Positions 62,250 through 64,000 of a stretch of DNA of 64,000 bases are shown piece by piece. Where the stretch lies: positions 3,209,979 through 3,273,978 of the forward strand of contig CAVNZM010000007.1 in the NCBI GenBank assembly GCA_963693365.1, written 5' to 3'. Below the pieces are notes generated by a model. The model had not been told where the DNA came from and made no database searches. It was given only the letters and a program-made list of their open reading frames with translations. This stretch comes from Amoebidium appalachense (taxonomy: Eukaryota > Protista > Ichthyosporea). The first letter of the stretch is position 1. Each line of letters opens with the position of its first letter. Position numbers and translations under genes: made by a program.

Positions 62250-64000
62250 TGTCATCTTCACTTAATTCTCAGCAAGACTTAGAAGTTGAGTTTGGTATTT
62301 ATTTATTAGTTGTTGTAGTTTGTTTCCTTTTCCTTTCTTCATTTCTTTCTTTCTTTTCCGTTTCCGTGTACACGACATCTTAGATCTGTGTACGTATCGA
62401 CATACTTAGCTCGCGCACACGTATTGTCGTTTGCGTCAAAATCTATATATGTCATCCAATCATATCTCGTTTGTATTTTCCCAAATATAGTAACTTACAT
62501 TCCTTTCTCATTCCTTTCCCACGACGTAGCATTGTGCTATGTTCTTCAACTATTAGAAAAAAAAAATTATATTTAGACGTGTTATGATAAGAACATGTAT
62601 AAATATATGTTATGAATTAATAGTTACATAAGTGGTTTCATTTTATTAAATGTTTCCGTGCTTTTATTAGAAGTTTCTTTCATTAGAGGATTGAGTTTTA
62701 TATTCTAAATGTCGACAGACATTTTATTCGATATATTTTACACTCATAGTTTTCATTCTTTTGATTGGTTTATCGTTTCACATTCCCAAGTATAAAAGGG
62801 ACCTCATCTTGAAATAAATCACAAGCAGTCGTATTCACTTCCTATGGTTCCAGAAATCGTTCCTCCTCTCCGGTTGTGTTTTTCCCGTGTGTCTTTGTGT
62901 TGTGTTTTACATAACACCCATCTGTGCTCTCTGCTTCTCCGTTTACCCACACAAAATAACAGGTTTACGGCCCCTTTGCACGCTAACACACAATCTCGCT
63001 ACAACCGCGAAAATCTCTCAGTCTTACTGCTTCAATCATGACTGACAAACCGTCGTATATCAACCTTCCAATATGGAATCCGTCCGAGAAACGAGACGAG
63101 AAACGTCTTAATTATTTCGAGTGGGAGCCACTCATTCACCGGTTCATTAGAACCACCATTGCCGAGAAATTCGTTGACGCTATCAAGAGGCCACAGTGGG
63201 TTGACGGCGCTGAAGCCAACCAGTGGCTAGGCTACACCACCAAGGACTCCTACAAGAAAGCTTCCGACGTCCTCGACCAGATCCTCAACCAGTCCGTCCA
63301 CCCGACCGAGCTCTACGACTCCGGCCGGATGCAAGACGATGTCCACGGTGGTGAAGTCTTCCACAACCTACGTATGGCGTATGTAGCAGAGAAGGAGGCC
63401 CGAGTCACCCAGATTCAAGTCACCTTCGAGGAGCTTGAACTACGAGACTACCCCAACGTCACAGCATACCTCACCCGTCTCCAACGTCTGGCTACGACAC
63501 TTGCCTGCCTCGACGAACCCGTCCAGCACAAGGATGTCGTACGTAAGTTCTTCCTCCACATCCGGAAGAACACAGCCCTGGTCTGCCCCGACATTGAACG
63601 TCTCTGCTCCGACTACTGGATGAACAACAAGGCCTACCCGTCCTTCAACATGCTCATCAGTGACATCCGAGGAGCTGAAATCCGTGCCGGCCTCATCGAC
63701 GCAGGCACAGGTGCAACCGTCAACAACCGTCCCCTCCGTGCACTCCAGAGCAGAGTGCTTCCCCCCGGTGACCTCCGTAACCGTATTCCTCGACGTGAGC
63801 ATACACCTCACCGTTCCCCGTCCCGTTCCCGTGATCCTCGTCCTCCCTCCAAGTCACCCGGCCCCCGTTCAACTTCCCCTTACCACCGTGGTAACAGGGA
63901 CAACCGTAACCGACAACACAACACCAACAGTGTGAAGTGTTCCTACTGCCATGAGCCCCACCACATCACAGCATGCCCGGAGCCTGGCTGCACAGTTGCT
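62250..64000 (+). mobile_element. Second copy of copia B (5' LTR 62250-62961, PBS, gag), truncated by the window end
   Basis: Reverse complement of 52853-54600 with very few differences. Confidence 0.97.
63038..64000 (+). CDS. Copia B gag-pol, partial (open to window end)
   Basis: MTDKPSYINLPIWNPSE... same as the 1454-aa ORF, with one visible G-to-D change (QDDVHG). Confidence 0.95.
   Translation, partial: MTDKPSYINLPIWNPSEKRDEKRLNYFEWEPLIHRFIRTTIAEKFVDAIKRPQWVDGAEANQWLGYTTKDSYKKASDVLDQILNQSVHPTELYDSGRMQDDVHGGEVFHNLRMAYVAEKEARVTQIQVTFEELELRDYPNVTAYLTRLQRLATTLACLDEPVQHKDVVRKFFLHIRKNTALVCPDIERLCSDYWMNNKAYPSFNMLISDIRGAEIRAGLIDAGTGATVNNRPLRALQSRVLPPGDLRNRIPRREHTPHRSPSRSRDPRPPSKSPGPRSTSPYHRGNRDNRNRQHNTNSVKCSYCHEPHHITACPEPGCTVA

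Overview
Eukaryotic genomic DNA rich in microsatellites and homopolymers, with many spliceosomal introns; the HECT architecture suggests a unicellular holozoan (inference). Left 40 kb, host genes: 5' exons of an unknown minus-strand gene; a 5-exon TMEM164-family gene; a 28-exon NEDD4-class HECT E3 ligase with C1-C2-FN3-CCCH-UIM-HECT architecture and no visible WW domain; intronic tRNA-Gln(CTG) copies; and a poorly resolved minus-strand gene. Their introns hold a modular, poly-C-bounded repeat family that is almost always sense-oriented and forms G-U-rich hairpins, plus a 75-bp satellite derived from it and a TTAA-flanked MITE. Right 23 kb, a transposon island: an internally deleted P/THAP9-type element, a tRNA pseudogene, a decayed copia element (A) inserted in (CA)n, an intact copia element (B) nested inside A, and a second B copy running off the window. 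Almost all long low-complexity ORFs in the supplied track are repeat artefacts. Exon models were assembled by eye; no database searches were run.
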